A stretch of DNA of 61,713 bases, from contig JAFXKD010000008.1 in assembly GCA_017531925.1 (NCBI GenBank), positions 1 to 61,713 on the forward strand. The letters are read 5' to 3'. Position numbers and translations under genes: made by a program. The notes beneath the pieces are model-generated. The model saw nothing but the letters and a program-made list of their open reading frames with translations. It was not told where the DNA came from and made no database searches. This document shows, one piece after another, positions 38,381-48,039 of this stretch; within the stretch, counting starts at the first letter, position 1; each line of letters begins with the position of its first letter. The stretch is from Clostridia bacterium. GTDB taxonomy: Bacteria > Bacillota > Clostridia > Oscillospirales > CAG-272.

Positions 38381-40039
38381 TTATTGTTTTGTCCATCTAT
38401 ATACTCTTGTTTCATAGGGCTTAAGGGTTGTGCCATCGAGCTTATCGTAGTTGGAGAGCAAAAGCTCTGCGCTTGCAAGATCAAAGCCTGCGGGAACTCT
38501 CCATTTCTTTGTCTTTTCTGTAAATGAGCAAACTATAAGAAGCTTTTCCTTATCATCCTCACGGGAATAAGTATAAAGAGAAGATGAAAGCCTGCCATAT
38601 TCCTTGTAGCTTCCGTGTCTCACGCTTGAAAGCTCCTTGCGAAGCTTGATAGCACGGCGGTAGAAGTTGAGAACGGAATCCTCATCCTTTTCCTGATCGG
38701 CAACGTTGATCTGCTTGTAGTTTTCGTTAACGTAGAACCAAGGCGTGCCGGTAGTAAAGCCGGCATTCTCCTCTGCACTCCACTGAACGGGAGTACGGGC
38801 AGAATCGCGTGAGCCGTGCCATAATCTCTGCAAGCGCTTTTCGGGAGATTTCTTTGTAGCAACGTTAAAATACTGCCAGCGCGTCTGAACATCCTCGTAC
38901 ATTTCGGGATCACTCGGATACCAGTTAGTCATACCTATCTCCTGTCCCTGATAGATAAAGGGAGTTCCCTTTTGGAAAAGATAGGATACCGCAAGCATCT
39001 TTCCGCTTTCCTTTTGGAATTTTTCGCTTCCGTAGCGGGAGACCATTCTCGGATGGTCGTGGTTCTCAATGTAGAGCATATTCCAGCCCTTGCCGTCAAG
39101 CTTGTCCTGCCATTTTGTATAGGTCCTTTTTAACTTACGAAGGTTAAAGGGCATATGGTAATAGTCACTCATAAAGCTATCAGCCTCCTGAGTGGCGAAC
39201 TGAATGAACATATCAAGCACGGGTGCGTTATTCTCGTCAATGTATTCAAGAGCCTTCTTTGGCGTTACAAGGGGGGATTCCGCAAGCGTCATACAATCAT
39301 ATTTTGAAAATACGTCGCGGTGAAATTCCTCGAGATACTCGTGAAGATGAGGGCCGTGGTTAAACATAAAGATACCCTTCGATGCAGGCATATAGTTATC
39401 GTTCGGCAGACCCTCGGGCTTTGAAATAAATGTGATAACGTCCTCTCTGAAGCCGTCAACGCCCATATCGAGCCAGAAGCGGAGTATCTTTTTGACCTCC
39501 TCGCGCACAAGGGGATTATCCATATTGAGATCCGCCTGCTGGATAGCAAAAAGATGCATATAATATTCCTGACGCACCTCATCCCAAGCCCAAGCCTTTC
39601 CCTCAAAGAGAGAATCCCAGTTATTTGGAAGCTTGCCGCCGGGCTTTGCGGGACGCCAGATATAGTAATCGGTATAGGGGTCTATTCTCTGACGACTCTT
39701 CTGAAACCACTCGTGCTGATCGCTCGTGTGATTTACAACAAGGTCCATAATTACCTTCATTCCGCGCTCGTGCGCGCCGTCAAGGACCTTCTTGAATGCC
39801 TCCATACCGCCAAATTCTTCGGCGATATCGTAATAATCTGAAATATCGTATCCGCAATCCACTCCGGGAGAAGGATAGAGCGGCGAAAACCAGATGCCGT
39901 CACAACCGAGTGACTTTATATAATCGAGCTTTTCATAAACACCGTACAGGTCTCCCATTCCGTCCCCGTCTCCGTCCTTGAACGATCGGGGCCATATCTG
40001 ATAGAACACCATATCCTTATACCATCTTTGCTTTTTCAT
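38381..40039 (-). CDS. malL: GH13 oligo-1,6-/alpha-glucosidase
   Basis: YQIWPRSF.D..GDG.GDL, DLVVNHTSD, QADLN, GVDGFR.DV, ENHD, GTPFIYQGQEIGM, SRD.ARTP.QW. Confidence 0.85.
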   Translation of the reverse strand: MKKQRWYKDMVFYQIWPRSFKDGDGDGMGDLYGVYEKLDYIKSLGCDGIWFSPLYPSPGVDCGYDISDYYDIAEEFGGMEAFKKVLDGAHERGMKVIMDLVVNHTSDQHEWFQKSRQRIDPYTDYYIWRPAKPGGKLPNNWDSLFEGKAWAWDEVRQEYYMHLFAIQQADLNMDNPLVREEVKKILRFWLDMGVDGFREDVITFISKPEGLPNDNYMPASKGIFMFNHGPHLHEYLEEFHRDVFSKYDCMTLAESPLVTPKKALEYIDENNAPVLDMFIQFATQEADSFMSDYYHMPFNLRKLKRTYTKWQDKLDGKGWNMLYIENHDHPRMVSRYGSEKFQKESGKMLAVSYLFQKGTPFIYQGQEIGMTNWYPSDPEMYEDVQTRWQYFNVATKKSPEKRLQRLWHGSRDSARTPVQWSAEENAGFTTGTPWFYVNENYKQINVADQEKDEDSVLNFYRRAIKLRKELSSVRHGSYKEYGRLSSSLYTYSREDDKEKLLIVCSFTEKTKKWRVPAGFDLASAELLLSNYDKLDGTTLKPYETRVYRWTKQ

Positions 40040-40080
40040 AAATATCTCCTTAAAGTGTATTTGCAAGATCTTATAAGCCT

Positions 40081-40109
40081 ATTCTATCAAAAACAGTCCG
40101 CGTTGTCAA
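40081..40109 (-). promoter_or_regulatory. Sigma-A promoter of the GH13 gene
   Basis: TTGACA-17bp-TAGAAT with extended TG on the minus strand. Confidence 0.75.
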
Positions 40110-40138
40110 TCACTAAGTAGCATTATCCTCGCTTTTTA

Positions 40139-40167
40139 TCATATTATTTTGCAATCTCGAATATATT
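40139..40167 (+). promoter_or_regulatory. Possible sigma-E (mother-cell) promoter
   Basis: TCATATT-N13-GAATATATT upstream of a spore-coat gene; resembles the ATA-N17-ATAcanT consensus. Confidence 0.4.
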
Positions 40168-40195
40168 TTTATCAAAAAGCAAAGGAGCGAAATAT

Positions 40196-41731
40196 ATGAA
40201 CAGTAATAAAGATAACGCGGGCTATTTTTCGGGGATGCCCGTTTATGACGGCAGGCTTACCGCCGATCTTAATTCCGATTTTACCCTACCCGATTATCAG
40301 AGTGAGATACGCCGCCTTCTCGGCGTGAGAGCGCAAATAGCTCCGGAGGGTGAGTATCTGGGTAACGGGAACGCGGAGCTTTCGGGAAAGGTAATTTACA
40401 AGGCAACGTACGTGGGAGCTGACGGAGAGCTTTACTGCGTGCCGCTTTCGGAGAGCTACTCGTTCTCACTTCCCTTTGATCTCACCTCCCACGCGGTAAG
40501 CGTTGATGACGTGACCGTATTTTCTCAGATACGGAGCGAAAGCGTCAGCGCGCGCGTTTTGGGTCCGCGCAAGCTCAGTGTCAAATCAAAGCTGAGCTGC
40601 AAGGCGTTAGCTTTGACGCCAATGCTTCACACACCCGAAGCCTCGGGAGCGATCCCTCAAAGCTCTCTTGAGCATCTGATGGGTGAAGCGGATTCTCTCG
40701 TGCCCAAAAGACTCCGCTTAGAGCCTCTGACCCTGAATGATACACTTCCTCTCGATCAATCCGCGGACAATGTAAGAGCGGTAACGTGTGACAGTGTTGC
40801 AATCGTAAACGATTGCTCCGCATCCGGAGGACGCGTGCGTGTTTCGGGTGAGGTGATACTTAAGATACTCTACTGTAACGACGCAGAAAGCGATTATCCT
40901 CTGTGCGCTACGCGAAAGCTCCCCTTTTCCGCCTCCGCCTATTGTGAGGATGCCGACACGGATTGTGATGTAAGCGCGGACGTTTATATCACAGATGAGC
41001 AGATATTGGTTGATGATAATGGCATATCCTCCGAGCTTATCCTGTCAGCTTGCGTAAATGTGAGAAAAAATGAACGCGTTCCCTTTGTAGCCGATGCATA
41101 TTCCACGGATTTTGCCACCGAAAGCATCTTCAAGGACGTACAGGTTATGAGTGCATTAAAATCCGTTAACGGAAATCTGACACAAAACGAGCTTCGTTCT
41201 CTTGATGAGCTTAAGCTTCCACACGATTTTAAGATAATAGACGTGTTTGCAAGAGCAAGAGCTGATGAGCTTTTGACTAGTGAGAGTGGCAGACTCTCGC
41301 TCTGCGGTGAATGCACCTACTTCGTGCTCTGCTTCTGTGATGACGAATATCTTGTAAAGGAGCTGAGCTTCCCCTTCCGATACGAGCTTGACAGCAGATA
41401 TACCGCCGATACCGACAATGAGCTTCACTACTGTGCGGATGCGTGTGCTGTATCTGCGCGTGCAAGGCACGATGGAGAAAGACTGTTTATAGACGGCGAG
41501 CTTAATATCCGCATAAGTCTCGAAAAGAAGAAATGCTTTCAAATGCTCAGCAAAATAAGCGCGGGCGAAAGACTGGTAAAGAGCAGCGGCGCGATGACCC
41601 TCTGCTATCCCGACAGGGGAGAATCCCTCTGGAGCGTTGCAAAGCGCTACGGTGAGCCCATTAGCAAGCTCAAAAAGCAGAATTCCCTGGCCGATAACGA
41701 TATTTCGAAGAAAAAATACCTCGTTATATAA
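40196..41731 (+). CDS. SPOCS (DUF3794)/LysM spore-coat assembly protein, SipL-like
   Basis: LPD..SEI.RLL start, three repeated beta-rich modules, C-terminal LysM GESLWSVAKRY......N. Confidence 0.75.
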   Translation: MNSNKDNAGYFSGMPVYDGRLTADLNSDFTLPDYQSEIRRLLGVRAQIAPEGEYLGNGNAELSGKVIYKATYVGADGELYCVPLSESYSFSLPFDLTSHAVSVDDVTVFSQIRSESVSARVLGPRKLSVKSKLSCKALALTPMLHTPEASGAIPQSSLEHLMGEADSLVPKRLRLEPLTLNDTLPLDQSADNVRAVTCDSVAIVNDCSASGGRVRVSGEVILKILYCNDAESDYPLCATRKLPFSASAYCEDADTDCDVSADVYITDEQILVDDNGISSELILSACVNVRKNERVPFVADAYSTDFATESIFKDVQVMSALKSVNGNLTQNELRSLDELKLPHDFKIIDVFARARADELLTSESGRLSLCGECTYFVLCFCDDEYLVKELSFPFRYELDSRYTADTDNELHYCADACAVSARARHDGERLFIDGELNIRISLEKKKCFQMLSKISAGERLVKSSGAMTLCYPDRGESLWSVAKRYGEPISKLKKQNSLADNDISKKKYLVI

Positions 41732-41767
41732 AAAAGAAAAAGCCGATCAGTCGGCTTTTTCTTTTTT
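41730..41767. terminator. Bidirectional terminator overlapping the stop of the convergent gene
   Basis: AAAAAAGAAAAAGCCGA-TCAG-TCGGCTTTTTCTTTTTT. Confidence 0.8.
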
Positions 41768-42484
41768 TCTTAATCTTTGGCAATACTGCGTGCAAAGCTT
41801 GTCAGTACATTCCGAGCATTTAAGAGCCATATTTGAGTTCTCCCAGAATCTTTCGGGATGAAGGTATATCTGAAGCTCCCAAACGACGATATCGATCAAC
41901 GAAAGCACAAGGAGGGATACGGAGAAAAAGCTTCCCACCATAAGCATTGGCGTAAACATCATCATATGGTCCCAGTTGAATATTCTGCAGGTCGTACAGC
42001 ACTTGTTTCCAAGCATAAGCCTGAAGGGACACCATATAAGTACACAGATAAGGTCGCACACGTAAAACGCAATACTTATAAGGAAGAGATGCTTGTTATC
42101 AAGCACCTTGAAGTGTCTGAGCGCGCTGATGAGAGCAATGAACGAAGCCCAAAGAGCCATCACCTTGCCCGCTGCCTTATTGGTCTTTTTAATATAATCC
42201 TTAAGCTTGTCCCAATCGATAAGCTTATGTATAGCCGTTTTGAACTTTTCCTTAAACTGCTTTTGAGAACCAAGCGCAATATTCTTTACAGGAAAAAGCT
42301 GACTTACCATATCGTAAACCCAAGCTCCCCACAAAATGTGAAACACGGAAAATTTCTTAAAGAAATTCCAACCCTCCACGACCTCAAACTGTCCCGGGGC
42401 GTAAAAATATAGAATTATACTAGCAATCAGTATGGTTATCCTTATTCCGAGCTTTTTAAAATATACTTTCCTTATTTTAGACAT
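41747..42484 (-). CDS. Cys-rich integral membrane protein of unknown function
   Basis: Several TM segments; CDLIC...WCPF, KCCTTCRIFNWD, CSEC...LC..YC; own promoter TTGCGC-17-TATAAT (42526-42554). Confidence 0.65.
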   Translation of the reverse strand: MSKIRKVYFKKLGIRITILIASIILYFYAPGQFEVVEGWNFFKKFSVFHILWGAWVYDMVSQLFPVKNIALGSQKQFKEKFKTAIHKLIDWDKLKDYIKKTNKAAGKVMALWASFIALISALRHFKVLDNKHLFLISIAFYVCDLICVLIWCPFRLMLGNKCCTTCRIFNWDHMMMFTPMLMVGSFFSVSLLVLSLIDIVVWELQIYLHPERFWENSNMALKCSECTDKLCTQYCQRLRKKEKAD

Positions 42485-42580
42485 CAATGCTACCTTTCAT
42501 TAATAAATTGACATATATCTATAATATTATACACTAATTTTTCTCCTTGCGCAAGTACCTCGATCAACAAAATTGGCTAT

Positions 42581-42615
42581 AAAATAAAAAATACCGCCGC
42601 ATTTAGCGGCGGTAT
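42581..42615 (-). terminator. Terminator of the acyl-CoA/PHB operon
   Basis: ATACCGCCGC-ATTTA-GCGGCGGTAT preceded by A runs on the plus strand. Confidence 0.8.
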
Positions 42616-42626
42616 AGATCAATAAT

Positions 42627-43502
42627 TTATTTGGAGAAAAACTCTACTACATCCGAAGCAAGCTTATCGGGGCAATCCACCATTGGCGAGTGACCGCAAT
42701 TTGGATAAGGAAGAAGTGTTGCAAGCTCGCCGAGCGCATTGTAGTTATCCATTACCATATATGCGGGAACAACGATGTCCTTCTCTGCCATTGTGAGCGC
42801 AACGGGACATTTGATATTGTGTATGGATCCGTCGCCCTTGCCGTAAGGAGTAAATTCATCACTCATATTGAGATTTGCAAGAGCCCAGTCGAGATCGACA
42901 AGGTTTCTCTGCTTTAAGGTCTCTGCCATCCAGCGATCGTTATCCTCGCGGGAGGGCTTATTTACCGTGTAGATGGTAGCATCCCAAATAGCAGTCATAG
43001 TAGCCGCGTCACCCTTTTCAAAGCAGGCAAGTGCGGGAGCTACCTGAATAGGATCGGCACCCATCTCCTCCTTGCTTGAATAAGGCTCGCCCGTTGATTT
43101 GAAGTTCTCCTTCTTGAAAACGGGATATCCCTTAAGTCCCGCGCCCTCAATATCAAAGAATTTCTTAATCTTCTCGGGATATTTCGCGCAGAGCTTGAGC
43201 GAAACGCCTCCGCCGTTTGACCAACCTACAAGATAAACGCTTCCAAGACCCAATGCGTCGATAAAGAGCGCAACGTCATCCGCAAGTTCCTCAAGAGTAT
43301 CGAATCTCTCGTTATAGCTCGAATCTCCAAATCCGCGAAGATCCACCGCTACGCATCTGTATTTGTCGCAGATCCTATCAATAAGGGGCTCGTAGTGAAC
43401 TGAGCTGGACATATTTCCGTGTACCATAAGTACAACGTCGCCCTCTCCTCTGTCAAGATATGCTAAGGTTTCTTTACCAATGGATATGTATTTCTTTTCC
43501 AT
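42627..43502 (-). CDS. phaZ: Alpha/beta hydrolase homologous to Bacillus intracellular PHB depolymerase
   Basis: ETLAY, HGNMSSS, DLRGFG.S.YN, GWS.GGG, G.KGYP.FKK, DP.Q.AP, W...IYT.N.P, QRN.VD, CGHSP..DC, collinear with the B. thuringiensis PhaZ sequence as I recall it. Confidence 0.72.
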   Translation of the reverse strand: MEKKYISIGKETLAYLDRGEGDVVLMVHGNMSSSVHYEPLIDRICDKYRCVAVDLRGFGDSSYNERFDTLEELADDVALFIDALGLGSVYLVGWSNGGGVSLKLCAKYPEKIKKFFDIEGAGLKGYPVFKKENFKSTGEPYSSKEEMGADPIQVAPALACFEKGDAATMTAIWDATIYTVNKPSREDNDRWMAETLKQRNLVDLDWALANLNMSDEFTPYGKGDGSIHNIKCPVALTMAEKDIVVPAYMVMDNYNALGELATLLPYPNCGHSPMVDCPDKLASDVVEFFSK

Positions 43503-43522
43503 ATTAATTCTCCTTAATAGAA

Positions 43523-44344
43523 TTATATCTGCACGGGTTCATCGTCAAGATTTACAAAGCCGAGCGTTAGGGTGAGAAACGCCGCAGGGTCCTCGTACAT
43601 ACTCGCGTGGCCCGAGCCGTTTATTGTTACATAGGTGCTTCCCTTTATCCTCTCGTGAAGTAGGATCTGCTCAGTGGGAGGAACGAGTCCGTCCTCCGAG
43701 CAGGAGATTATTAGAGTGGGGCAGCTTATCTCGTGAACGCGATCCATATAATTGTAGTCCCTTGAGCTGTCCGTGAGCCTTATAAGAGCCTCAAGAACTG
43801 CGGGATTTGAAAAATACGGGATGAGCGTTCCCTCGCGTCTATCCATCCAAGCAGCTTCTCTTTCATAAAACTCCGTTGAATAGATAACGGGAATGGTAGT
43901 AAGATAATATGCAAGTCCGTCGCCCGTTCTTGCCACGGCATTCCAACCGTCACCGATCTTGCGGAGCCAATCGCTCGTTCTTGCGCAGGTATTGGCAAGC
44001 ACAAGTCTGCGAACGTATTCCGGATGCTCTACCGCGTACTGCACAGCTACCTCACCGCCATAGGATATACCCATAATATTATATCTTTCGTATGGCAAAA
44101 GCTTAAAAATCGCGTGAAGTAATCTCACCTGTATAGCGTGCGTATAGCTCTCGGTCATGCGGGAGCTTTGTCCCTGATCGAGAAAGTCAACGAGTATGAC
44201 GGTATTGAATTTTGTAAGGTTCTTCATAAGAGGCTTCCAGCTGTTCGTGGACATCATTATACCGTTGAGTATAACTAGCGGTTCACCGCTCTCTCCGTGC
44301 ACCTCGTAATAGACCTTTTTGCCTTCAAAATCGAAAAATGCCAT
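43523..44344 (-). CDS. Alpha/beta hydrolase (PcaD-like esterase)
   Basis: LNGIMMS, DQGQS, GISYGG nucleophile, D..VP, GSGH. Confidence 0.8.
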   Translation of the reverse strand: MAFFDFEGKKVYYEVHGESGEPLVILNGIMMSTNSWKPLMKNLTKFNTVILVDFLDQGQSSRMTESYTHAIQVRLLHAIFKLLPYERYNIMGISYGGEVAVQYAVEHPEYVRRLVLANTCARTSDWLRKIGDGWNAVARTGDGLAYYLTTIPVIYSTEFYEREAAWMDRREGTLIPYFSNPAVLEALIRLTDSSRDYNYMDRVHEISCPTLIISCSEDGLVPPTEQILLHERIKGSTYVTINGSGHASMYEDPAAFLTLTLGFVNLDDEPVQI

Positions 44345-44355
44345 AATACTTCCTC

Positions 44356-45660
44356 TTAACCCTTGATTATACCAAGAGCTACCGCATCCTTAGTGAGCTG
44401 CTCTCTGAAATCGGGATGAGCAACGGATATGATAAGTCTTGCTCTGTCAGCCATTGACGTACCGCGAAGACATACAGCGCCGTACTCGGTAACGAGCCAG
44501 TCGATATCGTTTCTGGAAAGAGAAACAGCCGCGCCAGCCTTAAGAGTGGGAACTATCTTTGAGGTCTCAACTCTCTCACCGGTAGCCTTGTTCTTTACCA
44601 TAGCTGTGGAGTAAAGAGCGATGATGGATCTGCCGTTTCTTGACTTCTGAGCGCCGATAGCCGTGTCAGCCTGTCCGCCCGTACCGGAGAACTGAACGTG
44701 ACCTATGGATTCGGAGCAGCACTGACCGAAGAGGTCGATCTCAATAGTGGAGTTGATGGACACCTGATTGTCATTCTGTGAAATGGTGTGAGGATCGTTG
44801 ACCCAAGCGCCGTCGCGTATCTCAACCGCAGGATTATCGTCGATAAAGTCGTAAAGCTCCTTAGTACCCATAGCGAAGGCAGCAACCATCTTACCTTGAT
44901 TTATCTGCTTGTTCTTACCTGTGATAACGCCCGCCTTTGCAAGCTTAACCATACCGCTCGTAAGCATCTCGGTGTGTACACCAAGATCCTTCTTATCCAT
45001 AAGGGATGCCGCAACCGCGTTGGGAATTCCACCGATACCGAGCTGGATGCAGTCACCATCGTGGATCATATCGGCAATATACTTACCGATTATCATATCC
45101 TTCTCGTTGGGCTCTGCGTCAGCGATCTCGGGCATGGGATAATCACACTCAACAACGTAGTCGATATCGTTCAAATGGAGCTGAACGTCGCCGAAGGTTC
45201 TGGGAGCATTGGGGTTGATCTCAAGAATTACGGTCTTTGCCTCTCTTATCATAGCAAGCTCGTATGTATTTGAAAGAGAAAGCGATACGTAGCCGTGCTT
45301 ATCGGGCATTGACGCGATACCAACGTAGATATCGGGCTTGCGATGGCAAAGACGCTTGAAGGATGCAAGGTGAAGGTGGTTGTAAATAAAGCTTACGTTT
45401 CCGTTAGCCTGAGCCTTTCTGAGCGCAGGGGTATAGAACCAGCTGTCTATCTGGAAGGTGTCGGCATAAGCGGGATTTACCATAAACTCGTAAGCTCCCA
45501 TGGGAAGACAGTTGCTAACAAGCACGTCCTTAACGCTTCCCGCAATTGTGTGAAGATTCGTCATGAATTCTCTGCCCTCTGCAGAGCCAAGACCTGTTAC
45601 GATGTAGTCGCCGTCGCGCACGAGAGCAAGAGCTTCATTGATAGATACGTATTTTGCCAT
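44356..45660 (-). CDS. Acetyl-CoA hydrolase/transferase family CoA transferase (4-hydroxybutyrate/butyrate CoA-transferase-like)
   Basis: EINPNAPRTFG, IQLGIGGIPNAV, DLGVHTEM (catalytic Glu), SGTGGQ, VTEYG. Confidence 0.88.
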   Translation of the reverse strand: MAKYVSINEALALVRDGDYIVTGLGSAEGREFMTNLHTIAGSVKDVLVSNCLPMGAYEFMVNPAYADTFQIDSWFYTPALRKAQANGNVSFIYNHLHLASFKRLCHRKPDIYVGIASMPDKHGYVSLSLSNTYELAMIREAKTVILEINPNAPRTFGDVQLHLNDIDYVVECDYPMPEIADAEPNEKDMIIGKYIADMIHDGDCIQLGIGGIPNAVAASLMDKKDLGVHTEMLTSGMVKLAKAGVITGKNKQINQGKMVAAFAMGTKELYDFIDDNPAVEIRDGAWVNDPHTISQNDNQVSINSTIEIDLFGQCCSESIGHVQFSGTGGQADTAIGAQKSRNGRSIIALYSTAMVKNKATGERVETSKIVPTLKAGAAVSLSRNDIDWLVTEYGAVCLRGTSMADRARLIISVAHPDFREQLTKDAVALGIIKG

Positions 45661-45791
45661 AGTTTTTTTCTCCTTTTCAGGTTTATTTGAATTTTATTTT
45701 TAAGTAAATTAAATTTATATAAATCGCTTGCGCGAATTGTTTGCAAATTCAGAAAATATATAGTTTTTATTGTTTTTTATATATAGTTTTC

Positions 45792-45819
45792 GCGATGAAG
45801 GGCAAATGCCCTTCATCGC
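45792..45819. other. Stem-loop 3' of the binding-protein gene; U-tract only on the antisense strand
   Basis: GCGATGAAGGGC-AAAT-GCCCTTCATCGC then TTTTTT on the plus strand. Confidence 0.7.
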
Positions 45820-45867
45820 TTTTTTCAGTTAGCTATTGAAATAGCTTAAAAACAGATGGAAATCTAA

Positions 45868-47241
45868 TTACTGAATGGAGCCTTCAAGTGTAGCAAGACC
45901 TGTGATTCCACGGTAAACTTCACCTACACCAAAGTTTGCCTTTGTATACTTGTTAAGAGCAAGTGCATCTATACCAAGTCTCTGGCCGTTTTCATAGCTT
46001 ACGCTTGTTCCCATAGGAACGTTCATAGGAGCCTCTTCCATAGCGTCGATGAAAGCTTCCCATGTAAGTGTCTTGCCGCTCATACGATCAAGACCCTGGC
46101 AGAATACGTTAGCAGAAACGTAACCAGCCATTGCATAAGAGTTAAGGTAGTTTGCGCTTACACCGTCAGCTGCCCAATCATAACCGCCAAGAAGACCCGC
46201 TGCTACAGCATCATCCTCAAGCTTGATGAGTGTCTCACCGTTGTGCTTAGCATAGAGAGTCATAATTCTTGCGAATTCAGCAAAATCATTCCAACCCTTG
46301 AAGGATGTGTCGGGAGCAGAACCTGTTACGAGCCATGCACCTGCATAAATGTTACGTGTGTCATTGATAGCACCGGAAAGAACAAGACCACCCATTGTAC
46401 CGTAGTTTGCACTTACGTAGGATGTGATGATGTTAACGTTCTCGTACTGAGCTGTTACGAATGTGTTAGCGATATTTACGAAGGGAGCCTGGTTAGCAGC
46501 GATGATAACAACGTCACATCCTGCATTCTTAAGAGCTGTAACTGCTGCTGAATAGTCAGTAGCATCTGCAGCAACTTCCTGAAGCTCGAATGTCTTACCA
46601 AGCTTCTGAGCCTCGATCTTGATACCGTTAAGCATACCCTTACCAGCCTCGTCAGTTGTAGCGATAACGCCTACCTTAGAGCCTGCGAGACCGCCTACTT
46701 CAACAGAAGCGAATGCTGTTGCGAGCATGGACTGACCCTCTGTATCGTAGATGGGCTGTACTGTCATAATGTTTCTCTCTGTGTTGTAAAGATCGGAAAC
46801 ACCACATACACCGTAAACCATAGGAATACCGTTTTCCTGAAGGTAGTCAACAGTTGCACCAACTGTGTTGGTACCGAAGTGACCAACAAGAGCGAAAACC
46901 TTATCCTCTTCAACGAGCTTCTTGGTATATGTCATACCAGCAGTGCCGTCAAAGCCATCGTCATAGTGATGGAATTCGATTGTGTACTTATTGCCGTCAG
47001 CATCCTTGTAGCCTTCGGTCTGAGTTGTGTAGTACCAGAAATATGCTTCCTGAGCATAGTTGAAGGGTACACCAACAGTAGCGAATGCGCCGGAGGTTGC
47101 AGCTGTGTTACCAACATGGATAACGTGGTTCTCGGAGTCGATACCCTGAGATGCAGTTGCGGGCTGAGGACAACCAACTACTGCAAGTGCCATGCATGCT
47201 ACGAGAGCAAGAGCGATGACGAGTTTGAGAGTTTTTTTCAT
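45868..47241 (-). CDS. Liv-type (type 1 periplasmic fold) ABC substrate-binding lipoprotein
   Basis: Lipobox VVGC; I.VG..AA.SG..A..G, YDD.FD, KKLVEEDKVFALVG.FGT. Confidence 0.85.
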   Translation of the reverse strand: MKKTLKLVIALALVACMALAVVGCPQPATASQGIDSENHVIHVGNTAATSGAFATVGVPFNYAQEAYFWYYTTQTEGYKDADGNKYTIEFHHYDDGFDGTAGMTYTKKLVEEDKVFALVGHFGTNTVGATVDYLQENGIPMVYGVCGVSDLYNTERNIMTVQPIYDTEGQSMLATAFASVEVGGLAGSKVGVIATTDEAGKGMLNGIKIEAQKLGKTFELQEVAADATDYSAAVTALKNAGCDVVIIAANQAPFVNIANTFVTAQYENVNIITSYVSANYGTMGGLVLSGAINDTRNIYAGAWLVTGSAPDTSFKGWNDFAEFARIMTLYAKHNGETLIKLEDDAVAAGLLGGYDWAADGVSANYLNSYAMAGYVSANVFCQGLDRMSGKTLTWEAFIDAMEEAPMNVPMGTSVSYENGQRLGIDALALNKYTKANFGVGEVYRGITGLATLEGSIQ

Positions 47242-47283
47242 AATTATTCTCCTTTTGTTTTGATTTATGTTAAAGCTTGTGCT

Positions 47284-48039
47284 TTAATCATCTTTTTTGT
47301 CGCCGCCAAGGTAGGCGTCGATAAGCTTTTTGTTTGTGATGAGCTCACTTGCAGGTCCTTCAAGACCGATCTTACCAAGCTCTAAAACGTATGCATAGTC
47401 AGCGATCTTTAAGGTCTGAAGAGCATTCTGCTCTACAATAAGTATTGTTGTTCCCTCGTCACGAATCTTTTTAAATGCCTTGAATATCTCATCAATGATG
47501 AGGGGAGCAAGTCCCAGCGAAGGCTCATCCAAGAGCAAAATTTTAGGATTGGACATAAGCGCGCGTCCGATAGCAACCATCTGCTGCTCGCCGCCGGAAA
47601 GTGTGTTAGCGGTCTGAGATTTTCTTTCCTCAAGAATTGGGAAAAGCTTATAAACTCTTTCAAAATTTTCCTTAAGCTGCTGCTTAGCGGAAATTTTTAC
47701 TCCGTTAACAACCTTTGTCTTAAGACCGTAAGCTCCGATCTTAAGATTTTCTTCAACGGTAAGCTCGGAAAACAGAAGTCTTCCCTCGGGTGACTGTGTA
47801 ACGCCCGCCTTTGCGATCTTATACGTAGGCAAGCCGCCTACCTCCTTACCCTCAAGCAATACAGATCCGCTATCCGGCTTGATTGCACCTGAAACAGTAC
47901 GAAGAGTGGTGGTTTTGCCCGCGCCGTTAGAACCGAGGAGCGCAACTATCTGTCCCTGCTCTACTTTAATATTTATTCCCTTAAGAGCTGTAATAAAGCC
48001 ATAAGAAACCTTTAAATCTTTAATTTCTAACAGTGCCAT
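47284..48039 (-). CDS. livF: Branched-chain-amino-acid-type ABC ATPase
   Basis: GSNGAGKTT, PEGR..F, LSGGEQQM.AIGRALM, LDEPSLGLAP, VEQN. Confidence 0.88.
   Translation of the reverse strand: MALLEIKDLKVSYGFITALKGINIKVEQGQIVALLGSNGAGKTTTLRTVSGAIKPDSGSVLLEGKEVGGLPTYKIAKAGVTQSPEGRLLFSELTVEENLKIGAYGLKTKVVNGVKISAKQQLKENFERVYKLFPILEERKSQTANTLSGGEQQMVAIGRALMSNPKILLLDEPSLGLAPLIIDEIFKAFKKIRDEGTTILIVEQNALQTLKIADYAYVLELGKIGLEGPASELITNKKLIDAYLGGDKKDD

Noticed and set aside
40262-40282. AATTCCGATTTT resembling the core of the terminal element
   Set aside because: It lies inside the sipL-like coding frame and lacks the other conserved blocks.
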